This document shows, piece after piece, positions 43,945 to 57,187 of a stretch of 64,000 nt of DNA; the first letter of the stretch is position 1, and every line of letters starts with the position of its first letter. The notes below the pieces were generated by a model, which saw only the letters and a list, made by a program, of their open reading frames with translations, was not told the DNA's origin and made no database searches. Position numbers and translations under genes: made by a program. The stretch is from contig NC_047078.1 in assembly GCF_902459465.1 (NCBI RefSeq), positions 8,494,001 through 8,558,000 of the forward strand, read 5' to 3'. This DNA is from Asterias rubens (taxonomy: Eukaryota).

Positions 43945-46900
43945 TTAAACCCACGTGAACCATCATAGCCATTTCCGATTAGTGTGGGGTATGAAGCGCA
44001 TGGGGTTTGATCTCTCGGCGTCCATGTTGTCTCATTTGCCCGTTACCTCAGGTGAGTTTGTCACATTTTAAGTTGATCTCCAATAAAACAGAAATTAACA
44101 GTCGATCAATCAAAATATTATCAGCTGAAAGTTATGTAGAAAATAATAATAGTATTCATATCCAAAGCCAGTTTGAAATCACGAATCATAACGTTGTACG
44201 TACGACATTGGTCAAGAAATACATCAACCAAAAATAGTGGAATTTAAAAAAAGTTAAACATGAGCCAAGTTTGGGTTAATTTATGGTATTTTTTTCAACC
44301 ATGAGTTCATGGGGGAAAGAGAAATAACTGTAGGCCTAGCCAAAATGGGAAAACTTTGCACCATCAGTTCACATGAAAAGACGTCATTTTGGTTCGGACG
44401 GGGGCGAACGGTGGCAGACAAAATCCTCAAAAAGTTTCATTTTAAGCATTTTAATCCAAAGGAAATCCCCTGCTTTTATTTGAATTTTTCTCGACAGTAT
44501 TTTGTTATATCTAGGGATTTAATTGAAGTTGTTGTGTGCATGTGCCAAGGTCACAATGTCTTAACTGTTGAAGTGTAAGTTTTGTCAACTGTGTGGGCCG
44601 CCATTTTGTTTTTCATCACGGAGACCGCAGAGCACTGGCTCGCACGGACAAAAACACGCCGTTCAAAATCGCACGAGCCCCCACTAAGTGTTAAAAACAA
44701 ATCACGCTCGCTACCGAGTCCGAAGCTAGTATGCAATAACGTTCGTTACTTATCATCTGTATCTGTTTTAAAACCAAAAGTGCAGGCTTCATATACTTCA
44801 GCAAACATAAAAAGCACAAATCAATTATAACATTATAATAGTTGACAAGTTACATATACAAGGTTGTCATCAAGCCTTCGAGAATTAGACCATCAAACCC
44901 TAGTTTTTGCATTTATACCATCCGTCTTTTTGGTTGATAAGTTGTTTGCAACAGCTTATTTTGTTTTCCCAAGTTAAAAACTGCATGGAGTCTACGGGAG
45001 GAGGAGGACATGAGACAATATTGAGCCAACTTCAAGTTATTATTAACAAGGTGTTTGAAACCATTATGTACAACAAACCATCAGTGTCAGTTGAGGATAC
45101 TGACAATTATTTAATCTTTTAAATTAAAACCAGAAATCAACCACACAAGATAGGATTCATGTTCGACTAAAAATCAAACACAAAAATGCATTAAAAAAAT
45201 ACGTTTCTCGCTAAATATTATTCAAAAAGACAAAAAAGGTATCAACTTCTCCCCCATTACTCGCAACCAAGTATTGCTAATAATTATTTTGAGTAATTAC
45301 CAATAGTGTCCACTGCCTTTAAATTGCCCAAAGAACTTTGTACAGTTTTCTCACCAGTGGTGTAAACAAAAACTGTTTACGAAAAAAGAAATGTTCAGTG
45401 TATCACGGTAACTATGATGAAGCCCACAAAGTCTGAAGGGGCGTTGTTAGTCACCCGAAACACCAAAAACACAAAACCATATTGTTAAATATAATTTAAA
45501 TGGAACACAGTCAAAGAATAAGCCACTTATAGTAAACAACATGAAATATTTTGTATAGGCTATTATACGATCTAATAAACAAGGATCTAGGATCCAGCGG
45601 CGTAGCTAAAAAAAAAAGGGCAAATACTATGATGGAATAATTAAAGCTCCATACAACATCACTTATTACTATCCAGAAATACATAGCCCCAAATCAACAG
45701 CAAAAGGGAACGTATTTGCAAAAAGCCACGAATTGAATGAAAATTGAAATATTGCTTTTATTTAGACATTATAACAAAGGTGAACCAAATGCCTAAAAAG
45801 CTAAAACTAAAATAGTACCCTGGTGAGCTCAAGTATCTAATCATGAACGCCCATGACTGGCAAACAATTTTACCACAAAAACAGCAACAAAAACTCAAAT
45901 ACAGCCACTACAAATAGAATTTAAAAAAAAAAGCTAAAAAGAAATAACGTTATAAAGAACCAGTATCATATGACCACAACACTTATAGCAATAATCAATA
46001 TTCAAAAACTAATCATGAACTACATAGTTAAGGAATTTGAATAAGAAAAAAATTAATAAACACGAGCGAACAAAACGTTACTATAGTTTGTTAAAGTGTT
46101 CCAAAATGTACCCCACGAAAAAAAAACTCAAAATCCAAATCTAATGAAAACTGACATAATTATGTTCTACGCCACCAAAGTCAATCTTACACACAACATA
46201 ATTTTATATCTCAGTGGCCATGCAACAATCCTTCATTGCGTTCTTTAAACAAAAATCCAACATTATCCATGCAAATGAAGAAAGCTAACAATACCTTGAA
46301 ACATTATGAAAATGTTGCGCAGTAACTTCACGGATGAAGAAAAACATCACGTTCATCAGAGAAAAAACCCCTAAAGATCCACTGCTGAAGAAACGTCATG
46401 ATAAAACAAGAAAATCAACTTCTGCAAGAACTAAATTTCTTCTGGCTCACCTACAAACTTTGACCAACACAACGTCTAAAGCAATGACAGTTGAAACATT
46501 ATGTACGTTAAGTACAGCAATATTCTTCGAAAACAACCAGGCTGAAAGTCTAACAGACTTCAAATGGAGCATGCCAATATTAACAAACACATGAAAAATG
46601 TATCGGTTAATGTATAATGATAAGTTTATGGTTGATTTCTGGATAAGGGGAAATCCCAGATGTGAGAAATAGAGGGGGAGGGGGGGCACACGGCTCGAAC
46701 CTCCATTCACAATGCCCTTACATGGCTATATACACTTTCAGGAAATGGCTTTCAGATTTTTTTAAGAATCTAGGAGTATTGCAAACAATAAGTCCGCAAA
46801 TATTTGATTTGAATTATAAAACCCCGCGTTCTGAGAAAGTGAGGGTACTGGTTTTACAACATCCATGTTTAGATTTTTGAGGGTAGTGAACCTGTGTCCT

Positions 46901-46989
46901 TTATTATGCCGTCTCTGGTATATTTGTTTTGATTTCAATGTTTTGAACATCTTTGCTTGCGATATTTTTTTCACAGGATTAGGGGGAAT

Positions 46990-49900
46990 ACTGTGACAGT
47001 GCTAACACACATCGGTGTATGGGTAAAAATATATATTTTGTGTAGGCCTATATATATTTTTTGATGTATCCCAACGTACGAATAAAATAACAAATCTGTG
47101 AAAATTTGGAACCAATATTGACCATCGAAGTTGCAAGAGAAACAAAAGAAAAGAAAAAACCCTTGTCGCACAAAATTGGGTGCTTTTAAGATGCAATGCT
47201 TCAGCTGAAACGGTCTTTGAGTGAAACTACCTCTAACTCAAAAACTATGTTACCTCAGAGAGCTGTTTCTCATATCAACAGCTCTCCGTTGCTATATTAC
47301 CGAGTACGTTTTTACAATAACAATTATTTTGAGTATACCAATAGTGTTCAGTGCCTTTAAATTGTGTTTGTGCGGAAGGAGAGCTATCATAGGTATTTTT
47401 TCTTGGTTTTCTGTTGACAAACTTCCGGGCATTTTCCTGGTCGTTGCGCTTCAATTGTCGAACAATATAGACATGTTTTGGCAATTAGGTCGCCCACAAC
47501 CATGACCGTCATATATAAATACATGACCGAGTGAGAAAATAGAGTTTACTGTTGCAAACAACTTACCAACCAAAAGAACCGAGGGTTAATAATGCAGACA
47601 AATAGCAATGGCCTGACGTTTCGACCCTAGCAGAGTCTTTCTCGAAGGCAAATGACAACACAACAAACATGAATAAGTCATGTCAATCTGTACTGTTTAT
47701 TGTTGTTGTTTTTGGCTTCTATGTTTCAATAAAGCTGGGTGGATGTTTTTGGTTTTAGGATAAGCCCGGTTCATACTTCCTGCCAATGCTGAGCTCTACA
47801 AAATTGGGCCCTGATTTTTGCCTAGTTGGTGGAAGTGCACTTTGCAAAATGAAAATGGCTTTTCCCTTTTAGTACTTCTTTCTGTATCAACTAAATGTTG
47901 CTTTTGTATTTACTTCACATCTCAAAGCGCATAATATAGAGACTTCTCTGTGATTGTGATATGCGCTATAAAAAAATTGTTCATTTTTTTTTTTTTTTAA
48001 GATGAAATTTCAAGCCATGTTTGTGCCAATAAAAAGTGCATGTTACAAAGAAACACAAGGCTTCGGTTTCAATTGTAAACTTATCCTGAAACCCACGGTA
48101 CCAACCTGTATTTCTATGTCTGGGGATTCCAATCTATATGCAATATTCAGCAGACGCGAATAACCAACCAAAGACAGCTGTTGTAAGGTTCAACGTTCAC
48201 GCAGCTTTGCCACAACATTCCCATCACGGACTTACTAAACATGGCCAGCGCCTTTAAAGGCACTCGGATAATATTGGTAATTACTCAAAATAATTATAAA
48301 CATAAAACCTCACTTGGTAACGAGTAATGGGGAGAGGTTGATGGTATAAAACATTGTGAGAAACGGCTCCCTCTGAAGTAACGTAGTTTTCGAGAAAGAA
48401 GTAATTTTCCATCAAAAATTTGATTTCGAGACCTCAGATTTATAATTTGAGGTCTCGAAATCAACCATCTAAACGAACACAACTTCGTGTAACAAGGGTG
48501 TTTTTTCTTTCATATCTTGCAACTCCGACGACCAATCGAGCTCAAATTTTCACAGGTTTGTTATTTTATGCATATGTTGAGACACACCAAGTGAGAAGAC
48601 TGTTCTTTGACAATTACCAATAGTGTCCAGAGTCTTTAAAGGCACTTTGACACTATTGGTAATTACTCTAAATAATTGTTATAGCATAACAAATTACTTG
48701 GTGTAACAAGCAATGGAGATATGTTGATAGTTTACAAAATTGTGAGAAACGGCTCCCTCTGAAGTGACATAGTTTTTGAGAAAGGTAATTTCTCCCTCAA
48801 ATAAAAAAATACTTCGGCTGAAGCCTTTTATTATGCATCTGAAAGCACACAATGTTGTGCAACAAGGTGTGTTTTCTTTCGTTATTCCCTCGCAACTTCG
48901 ATGACCAAATGAGTCCAAATTTTCACAGGTTTGTTTTTATGCACTTGTTGAGATACAGCAAGAGAGAATACTGGTCTTTGACAATTACCAAACTTGTCCA
49001 ATGTCTTTAAAACAATTTCACACAGCATCAACCACGACTAACTAACTCCTGCTTCCAAAGCGTAACACTAGAGGTCGCCTGTTGCAATTCTATCTTGACA
49101 TGACCTTTATGTTCTTTCTTTTTTGCAACGCAAGAATTTTCTGTGTCCACCAAGCAAACTGTTGGACTTGTCGCAACTTTAGGTGTTGGGGTGGGGTGGG
49201 GGTCATGGTTCATAATATGTACATCCACATGTAAATTTAAAGTCTAATCATGGCTTAATTTCATAGAGCTGCGCTTAAGCAGCAAATGTTGCTTAACAAG
49301 TTTCTGCTTAGTAGAAATTAGCAGGATAGGCCTACCAGTCACAAATTGTACATGGGACATGGTCGTTTGGTTGGTAACCTTATTCTAGTCTAGTGATATG
49401 ATACTGATCTAGATCTGCCAAGGTCGTGGGTTCGAATCCCACCGAGTAATATTTGTTCACAGAACTCGTGAGAAATTTAAAAGTATATAGTGCTGTACCA
49501 CACATTGGTGTAAATGGGTAAATCCAAAATGAATATAATTTTATGCTGAGCATCAGACATAAGCAGGGTAGCTGGTAACCTTATTCTGGTAAGCAAGTTT
49601 TTGTGCTTAGCTTATTTTTGTGCTCAAACCGCTCCATGGAATTTGGCCCAGAACAATAATGATTACTATTGGTGACATTCAGCAGAGCCAACACGGAAGT
49701 CGACTTACAGATCATTTCCGTTTGTTTTTTCTATGTGAATGTTGTATTACATGAATAGATTGTGTGTTTGTTTTCCCATCAAGGGAACTCAGCACACTCC
49801 CACAAGGTGGAAATAAACACCAAGCCGGCAACAGGTCTAGGGTTATGAATTTCACAAATCAAAAAATAGACGAAAATATTCAGAAGTCATTGTGACATCA

Positions 49901-50785
49901 GCAGTTAGCTTGGTAGGATTCGAACAAGGGGATATAAACACCAAGCTGGCAACAGCCAATCTTTCGCATACAAAGGCATTGGTTAAATGTATTTTGATCA
50001 TGAATTGCACAACTCAACAAAATTGTGATTCAGTTAACAAGACGAAGATATTTATTCATATAGTCATTGTGAAATCAGCGGTTAGTTTGGTAGGATTTGA
50101 ACCCACAACCTTGAAATGGCAAGTCCTGCTGTCTAACCACTGAACAAAGATAATAACAACATTTTGGTATAAGCTTACAACACCTTCCGATAGCATACAT
50201 CATTATGAGAAACATTTCACTTGGAAGATTGTAAATGCAGTAATAAAAAATAAAAAAAATATTCACAGATTAGTGTTATTGAACATCTACATTTTATATA
50301 GAATTAAAATAATCGAACGGTTCCAAAAACCAAATGTAAACTTTGCCAGATAGTTCGATTTGTAATTATTACAGTACCCATATGCAGGGTAATTGTAGTC
50401 AAAAGTAGACTGTACAACAACATCACTATTGGTTATTATTCAAAATTATATTATTAGCATAAAACCTTTCTTGGTGACGAGTAATGAGGAGAGGTTGATA
50501 GTATCAAACAATGTGAGAAACGGCTCCTTCTGAAGTGCCATAGTTTTCGAGAAAGAAGTAATTTTCCACGTATTTGATTTCGAGACCTCAAATTTAGAAC
50601 TTGAGGTCTCGAAATCAACCATCTAAACGCACACAACTTCGTGTGACAAGGGTGTTTTTTTCTTCCATTATTATCTCGCAAGTTCGATGACCGATTGAGC
50701 TCAAATTTTCACCGGTTTGTTATGTTATGCTTATGTTGAGATACACCAACTAGTCTTTGACAATTACCAACAGTGTCCACTGCCT
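46990..50785. mobile_element. Kolobok-like MITE copies at ~46990-47356, 48258-48635, 48640-49006, 50425-50785
   Basis: Shared TIR and internal sequence; most have TTAA flanks. Confidence 0.65.
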
Positions 50786-51420
50786 TTAAGAAAAGTACAT
50801 CCTATTTTGTTTTAACATCACCCAAAAGGGGGTTCCCCACTATTCATCGAAAGTCCCCCTGAAGCAAGTCAGTTGCAACAGTTTACGCGGGAGCCCTCGT
50901 AGCTGAGTGGTATGTCGCAATGCCACGTCCTAACACAGCGCATCCCTGGGTACGAGTGTAATCACACACACTGATGCCAGTGATTATAACATGGTACGGA
51001 AACACAGGGATTGTATAATAAGTAATAGCAACCATGATTTTCAGAGGCTCAGTTGTGAAGTCAGTGTTCTAGGACAGGGTGTTGTGTAGTCTTGAGTCAA
51101 GGGGTCATGTTGATGTCGCAGACAATTTGTTTTAAAAACATTTTAGTTTTGTGAAACTTTTTTGTTTTTATGATGTCAACCTTCGTTAAAGGTAAGACCT
51201 ATGGTTTTAAAAATCTTTGTTTGTTTGTTTTTATAAAATGTTTATAATTATTAATTTGTTATCACTTTTTAATAGCGTTGTTTTTGTGATGTTTACATCC
51301 AATTAAATGGCCTGAAGTTTGAAACTGTTTGTATAAAACGGTCATAATTTTATATTTTTAATAGCGTTGTTGTTTTTGCTATTTACATTGACTCAAATTA
51401 TCTGTTTGTCAATAAACTAA

Positions 51421-51895
51421 AAGTCACCTGGAAATAGAATTGTTTTTCTTTCAAACATAAAAGTATATGCTTACTAATTGTTTGTCACGATGTATATGTT
51501 TAAAAAATATATAAAGTTGTTTGAGGGGCTGACTCCGCCTACCCCTTTTGTGACGTCAATCGAGGCAGACTTTGCCTGCAATGCGTATAGTAAACACACG
51601 TGCAAAGTACATGTACGTCCATGTCGTGAGTTGGTACATTTCAAAAAGTGTTTTTCTGCATTCGTACATGTACTTTGCAATTATTGTGTTTACTCTACGC
51701 ATTACAGGCAAAGTCTGCCTCGATTGACGTCACGAACAGCGCCCTCTCGGGTCGGGGTCTACTCTTAAATTTGTAAATAACATAAGAACTGATTTTTTAA
51801 AACCTTAGCTAACTGTTTATTCACATTCCACTCATCAAAACACATATACTAGTGACAAAAGCTTTATTTTGAAAAAATACCACTTCCAGGTGACT
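51421..51895. mobile_element. TTAA-type MITE (TIR AAGTCACCTGGAA) with a long internal inverted repeat carrying two TGACGTCA sites
   Basis: GTGACGTCAATCGAGGCAGACTTTGCCTG at 51550 and its inverse ending at ~51733. Confidence 0.75.
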
Positions 51896-52609
51896 TTAAG
51901 TCGGTGGTCATTTTTTTAATAGTGAAATCAACTGAATAATAGAAGTTTATTTCGAATGTACATATCGAAATAAGCCATGAGCTGTATGATATTTTTTAAA
52001 ACTCATATACATTTTTTTGTTGCCAATTTTTTTAATGATTCATTTGTTTTTCTAAAATGTTTCCTTTTTTTCCTTTCATTTATGTCTTATTAATGTACCT
52101 CAATGAATTGCTCCTTTGGATTGTGATTTGGTTCGTTTTTGGGCAATCCCTAGGCTTCTTTTTGCTTTGTGTTTATTTTATATGGTTTTTTTTAAGCCTG
52201 AACGAATAAATCAACAAATAAAGAAGTCGATAAATCAATAAATGTCAATGATCCGAACAGTATCTGGTATTATAGTTTAAGATAATCTGATAAACGTTTC
52301 TCAGATTGAGATTAAATTGTTTTTGCATCCCTTTCTCTACCACATTTGTTAGAAGTAAGTTTTAGCCAGGATTTGGTAAAGAAAAAGCGTGTCCAAATTT
52401 GCTGGAAATTAATTACAATACATTTTTACATGGAAATGACAGATACAACAGGGTGTCAACATTTCAAACATGTCTTGAGGAAGGGAATATTTTTTTCAAA
52501 ATATTTTACTTTAATATCGGATCAACAGCTGCAGTAATGTATTACCAAGGAACTTCTTTACAGTCATTAATTTTTGAATAATTATCAAGAAGGTATAACC
52601 TCCCTTTAA

Positions 52610-55185
52610 AGGCAGTGGACACTATTGGTAAATACTCAAAATAATTATTGGCATAAAACAACTTCGTGTGAGAAGGGTGGTTTTTTTCTTTCATTATTAT
52701 CACGCAAGTTCGATTACCAATTGAGCTCGAATTTTCACATCAGGTTTGTTATTTTATGCATGTGTTGAGATACACCACCTTGAAGGCTAGTCTTTGACAA
52801 TTACCAATAGTGTCCACTGCCTTTAAGCAGCTTCAGTTCTGTGTATGGCCCAAAGCGGTTTAGCAGAAAATACTGCCAACCAAAATTGACTGGTGCACCA
52901 GTCACACCAAATTGTAAACAAACTTTACTGTAACCTGTTTCTGTTAAGCAATACTTTTCTTGGCTTAGCAAGTTTTTGTGCGTACGAGGCCTTATGAAAT
53001 TGGGCCATCAGGCCGTTTGCAACCCCCCCCCCCCCCCCATAAGGCATATCTTTTTATTTGAAACAATTCAATTTTATTGGTCCTACCATGGAGGATTTAT
53101 AATAATAATTATAGAAAAACGTTGCTTACAAAACATCTGTTCACGAGAGTACTTCTCAATGCTTAGTTGGTTGGTAAGCAGAAAATATTGTTTAATATTT
53201 TTCTGATCTGAGCAGGATCAGTCATAAATTGTACATTTTGTGACATGGTAATTTGGCTGGTATGTTTTGGTAAGCATATTATTTGTTGCGCCTATAGCTA
53301 TTTTTTGTTCTGAAGCAGCTCTGAAAGTAGGCCCTCATTGGTCAATTTCAGTACACAATATAATGCTCAAGTAAAAATGTGAACACAAGAAAAAACAAAC
53401 ATTCGACAAAAACAAACTACACAATATGTTTTTTCGGCTTTTGGCCCAAAACAAACATTTTGTTTCTACATCGATGTGTATATAAGCACTGTATACTGAG
53501 TACTTTCCCGAGTTATAAAACAAATCAACTGGCAAATCACTCTATGGGAGTCGAACCAAAGGCCTTTCAAATTAATTAAAGGCAGTGAACACTATTGGTA
53601 ATTACTCAAAATAATTTTTAGCATAACAACTTACTTGGTTACAAGTAATGGAGAGTTGTTGATAGTATAAAACATTGTGAGAAACGGCTCCCTCTGAAGT
53701 ATCGTAGTTTCGAGAAAGAAGTAAATCTCCACGAATTTGATTTCGATACCTCAGATTTAGAATTTGAGGTCTCGAAATCTCGCATCTGAAAGCACACGAC
53801 TTCGTGTAAACAAGGGTGTTTTTTCTTTCATTATTATCTCGCAACATCGACAACCAATTGAGCTCAAATTTTCACAGGTTTGTTATTTTATACATATGTT
53901 GAGATACAGCAAGTGAGAAGACTGGTCTTCGACAATTACCAATAGTGTCCAGGATCTTTAAAGCCATTGGACCCTTTCGGTAAACAGTGTTGTCCAAGGC
54001 CCACACTTTGTGTACCACAACTTCTATATCAAATAACAAACCTGTGAAAATTTAGGCTCAATCGGTCATCGGAGTCGGGAGAAAACAACGGAAAAACCCA
54101 CCCTTGTTTCCGCGCGTTTCGCCGTGTCATGACAATTGTGTTTAAAATAAATCCGTAATTCTCGTCAACGAGAATTTATATTGTTTTGCTGTTTTCTCAA
54201 AAAGTAAAGCGTTTCATGGAATAATATTTCAAGAGAAGTCTTTCACCATTGCCTTCTGTAAACCCTCTAAGTTATTTGTAAATCTGTGAACTTTTTTTTT
54301 TCCAACTAGACAACCGAGTTAGAGCCTGTTCGAATCCTTTATTTTACTATTGAAACGCACTGGACAATATATACACATGTTGAGATGCACCAGTGCCTTT
54401 AAGAGATTCAGCCTTAGATATTAATCTTTAACCTTTAGAGAAAGGACGCTATTATGATATTATGGTTATTATTAATGAGGGATTTCCCTGCGTCAGAGCA
54501 ATGCATGACTATACAGGGGCCACAGGCACGTACTGAACGCGGCTCTTTGATCGATATCACATGATATGGGAATCCCCAAACATGTAAACAAAAAATTATG
54601 TTTGCGTCCAAGTTCCGAAAAAAAAGGGAAGCGTGTTTTTTTTTTTTTCAAACTTCGCCATTCTTGTTAAAATTTTAAACAACCATTGATATACACAATC
54701 ATGGAATCATCCTCCAATTGCAGACAAAACTCTTTGTCGGCAATTGCTTTCTTTACATGTCCCTGTGGTTCGCTTAGAAAATGTATCCATAGTCAGACCA
54801 TAGCACTTCAAAAGCATAGAGCAAGATATACTGGACATTGGTGACTACAAAAAAATAATTGTTAACGTATAGTTATGTGTTAAGCATGAATGGAGAACTC
54901 ATTGATGGTATAAAACACTTGTGAGAAACGACTCCCTCGGAAGTGTAGTTTTTTAGAAAGAGGTACTCACTCAAGAATATTTGTACATTCCAAGACTTCA
55001 TGCTTGAAACCTTTTACATCAGGCATCTGAAAGTTTGCAACAAGGGTGTTTTTGTATCTTCATTCTCTTGCAACTTTGATAACCAACTGAGCAACAAAAT
55101 TCACAGGTTTGTTATTTTGTGCATTTTTTGGGATACACCAAGTTGAAATACTGGTCTTGACAAAATTCGTGTCCAGTACCTTTAA
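52610..55185. mobile_element. Kolobok-like MITE copies at 52610-52822, 53580-53957, 53962-54398, ~54830-55185
   Basis: TTAA-flanked TIRs; the second and third copies share a TTAA. Confidence 0.65.
54479..54577. promoter_or_regulatory. Distal NF-kB site pair with an adjacent CRE/AP-1-like site
   Basis: GGGATTTCCC at 54479-54488, TGCGTCA at 54489-54495, GGGAATCCCC at 54568-54577. Confidence 0.5.
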
Positions 55186-56600
55186 AAAAGGCAGAGCATT
55201 GAATATAATTAATTACCGAATACCGGTAACAGAGTCAAACGCCCATGGCCACATCTAGCACTACACCCGGCCCGACAGTCGTCCCGCCCACAACCGACCC
55301 TGCCCTTGTGTGTGGCAAACAAGCAGACAGCAACAAGGCCATTAACAAATTAAAAAAATGTTTGGCGTTATCCTGTTGATCCTAAAGAATCAATCGTGTT
55401 TTTTTTCCATAGTACTTGACCTTCTTTCTCAGTCTCAGTCTTTTTTAAACACTAAAACAAGACTGTACAAACTGCTGATCAATACTAATAAATTTGTTTA
55501 GACTAAGGGTTTTCAAAATTACCGTATTTTCGTGTTTTATAATAATACTTGACATTGTGTCTGTTATTGTCATCATGTGTCGAGACATTTTGAGATATTT
55601 AGCTCTTGTGCACCACTGTGTAGAAAGATGTTGCCATATGGCATGATGTTTACTCGTACCTGTGTCCAGTGGTTTTTGAAACCGTTCGAGTTGTTTAAAT
55701 CATACAAATATACAACTATATAGGAACTAATAATGTGAACAATCATTCCAAAAGGTCGTAGGGTTTTTGAGTTATCGTTTAAAATAATCCGTAATTGGAA
55801 AACACAATCTGAGTAACATTTTTCAGATTCAAATTTTGGGGGATAACAACCTATTATTTGTTCTCTATAACCACATAAATTCAAAGTGAAATGATCTTCA
55901 AAATGCTCTATCGAAAGCTACTGTACTTATTACCAAGCAACTCTTTATTGTCATTAATTTTAAAGAAACACGTTGCCTTGGGTCGGTCGAGTTGGTCTTT
56001 GAAAAGCGTTCTGTGACCGTTTGTTATAAAATGCATTGGTTAGAAAGATGTTGTAAACGTTGAATACATTGATCTACACAAAATATGCCTCGAAATTGCG
56101 TGGTTTTTCTTTCACCTCGTCGGCTAACACGGTCGGCCATTATGGGAGTCAAATTTTTGACTGCCATAAATGGCCGACTGTGTTAGTTCGCGACGTAAAA
56201 GGAAAACCGTGCAATTTTGAGTAATACTTGTGTGGATCATTATATTCCACTTTTAAAACATCTTTCTAACCATATGCATTTTATAACAAACGGTCACAGA
56301 ACGCTTTCTATAGACCAACTCGTCCGATCCAATGCAACGTGTTCCTTTAAGAGTGATAACCAAACGTACCTTTCCTTTAAAGGCACTGGACATCTTTGAA
56401 AAGTGTCAAAGACCAGTTTCATTACCTGGTGTATCCCATAATATGCATAACTAAACAATTATTTTGAGAAGTAACCAATAGTGTCCGATGCCTTTAAATA
56501 TAAATAAAAAGTCCAGCCTACGACCCTAATATCTAGGTCCCATTACGCGGAACATAATTTAGTTTTTCACAGGCCTATATTAATTGTTCGTTAGAGACTT

Positions 56601-56636
56601 GGGGATTTCCAGTACACGTGAAAGTGGGGAATTCCC
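56601..56636 (+). promoter_or_regulatory. Proximal NF-kB / E-box / IRF-NF-kB composite module
   Basis: GGGGATTTCC, CACGTG, GTGAAAGTG and GGGGAATTCCC packed into 36 bp. Confidence 0.65.
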
Positions 56637-57187
56637 AGCGTTTAAAGATAACTGCGTCGATAAAATCCAACAATGTCCTTTGTGTTTCAGGGTCTTTGAA
56701 TTGTTTTTTTGTAAAGTAATTATATGGACTCCATAATCTGGTGTGTTAGTGCGTACAGGCCAACAGAAACAATTATTTGCCTTTATTAAACTAACAAATT
56801 AATAGCAAATAAATAAACACTGAAATAGGGGAAAGTAAAATTCAGGTTGACAGATGTAATGGTCATCATTTCAGAAATGAGGTACACAGGAAAATCCTTG
56901 TAATTTTAATATTTGTCCATTGAATTGTTATTTTAATAATAAAATCAAAAATTAACCGATTTTGTCTTTCAATAATTTTAATCAATGATAAAACAATTGC
57001 ATAAAGATCTTCACTGAAGTGTGTGTATGTACTTACCATCAACATAATTTATGTGTTTTCCAGGGACGCATGACTGCCAGTTGTTCTGGAATTCCCCACT
57101 TCTGAGTCTTGAATTGTTGTTCACTGTTCTCCAAGAAGACACATCGTCCATTTTCGGTTTGGATAGTTTGGTTGAGAAGGTGTCCGA

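Noticed and set aside
46334-46710. Overlapping 86-87 aa ORFs as a transposase or gene
   Set aside because: I recognised no motifs, and no splice signals link them to other exons.
57036-57150. Minus-strand mini-exon MDDVSSWRTV... with a GTAAGT donor
   Set aside because: It overlaps the 5' UTR part of the well-supported plus-strand bZIP exon, and I found no downstream partner exon or homology.
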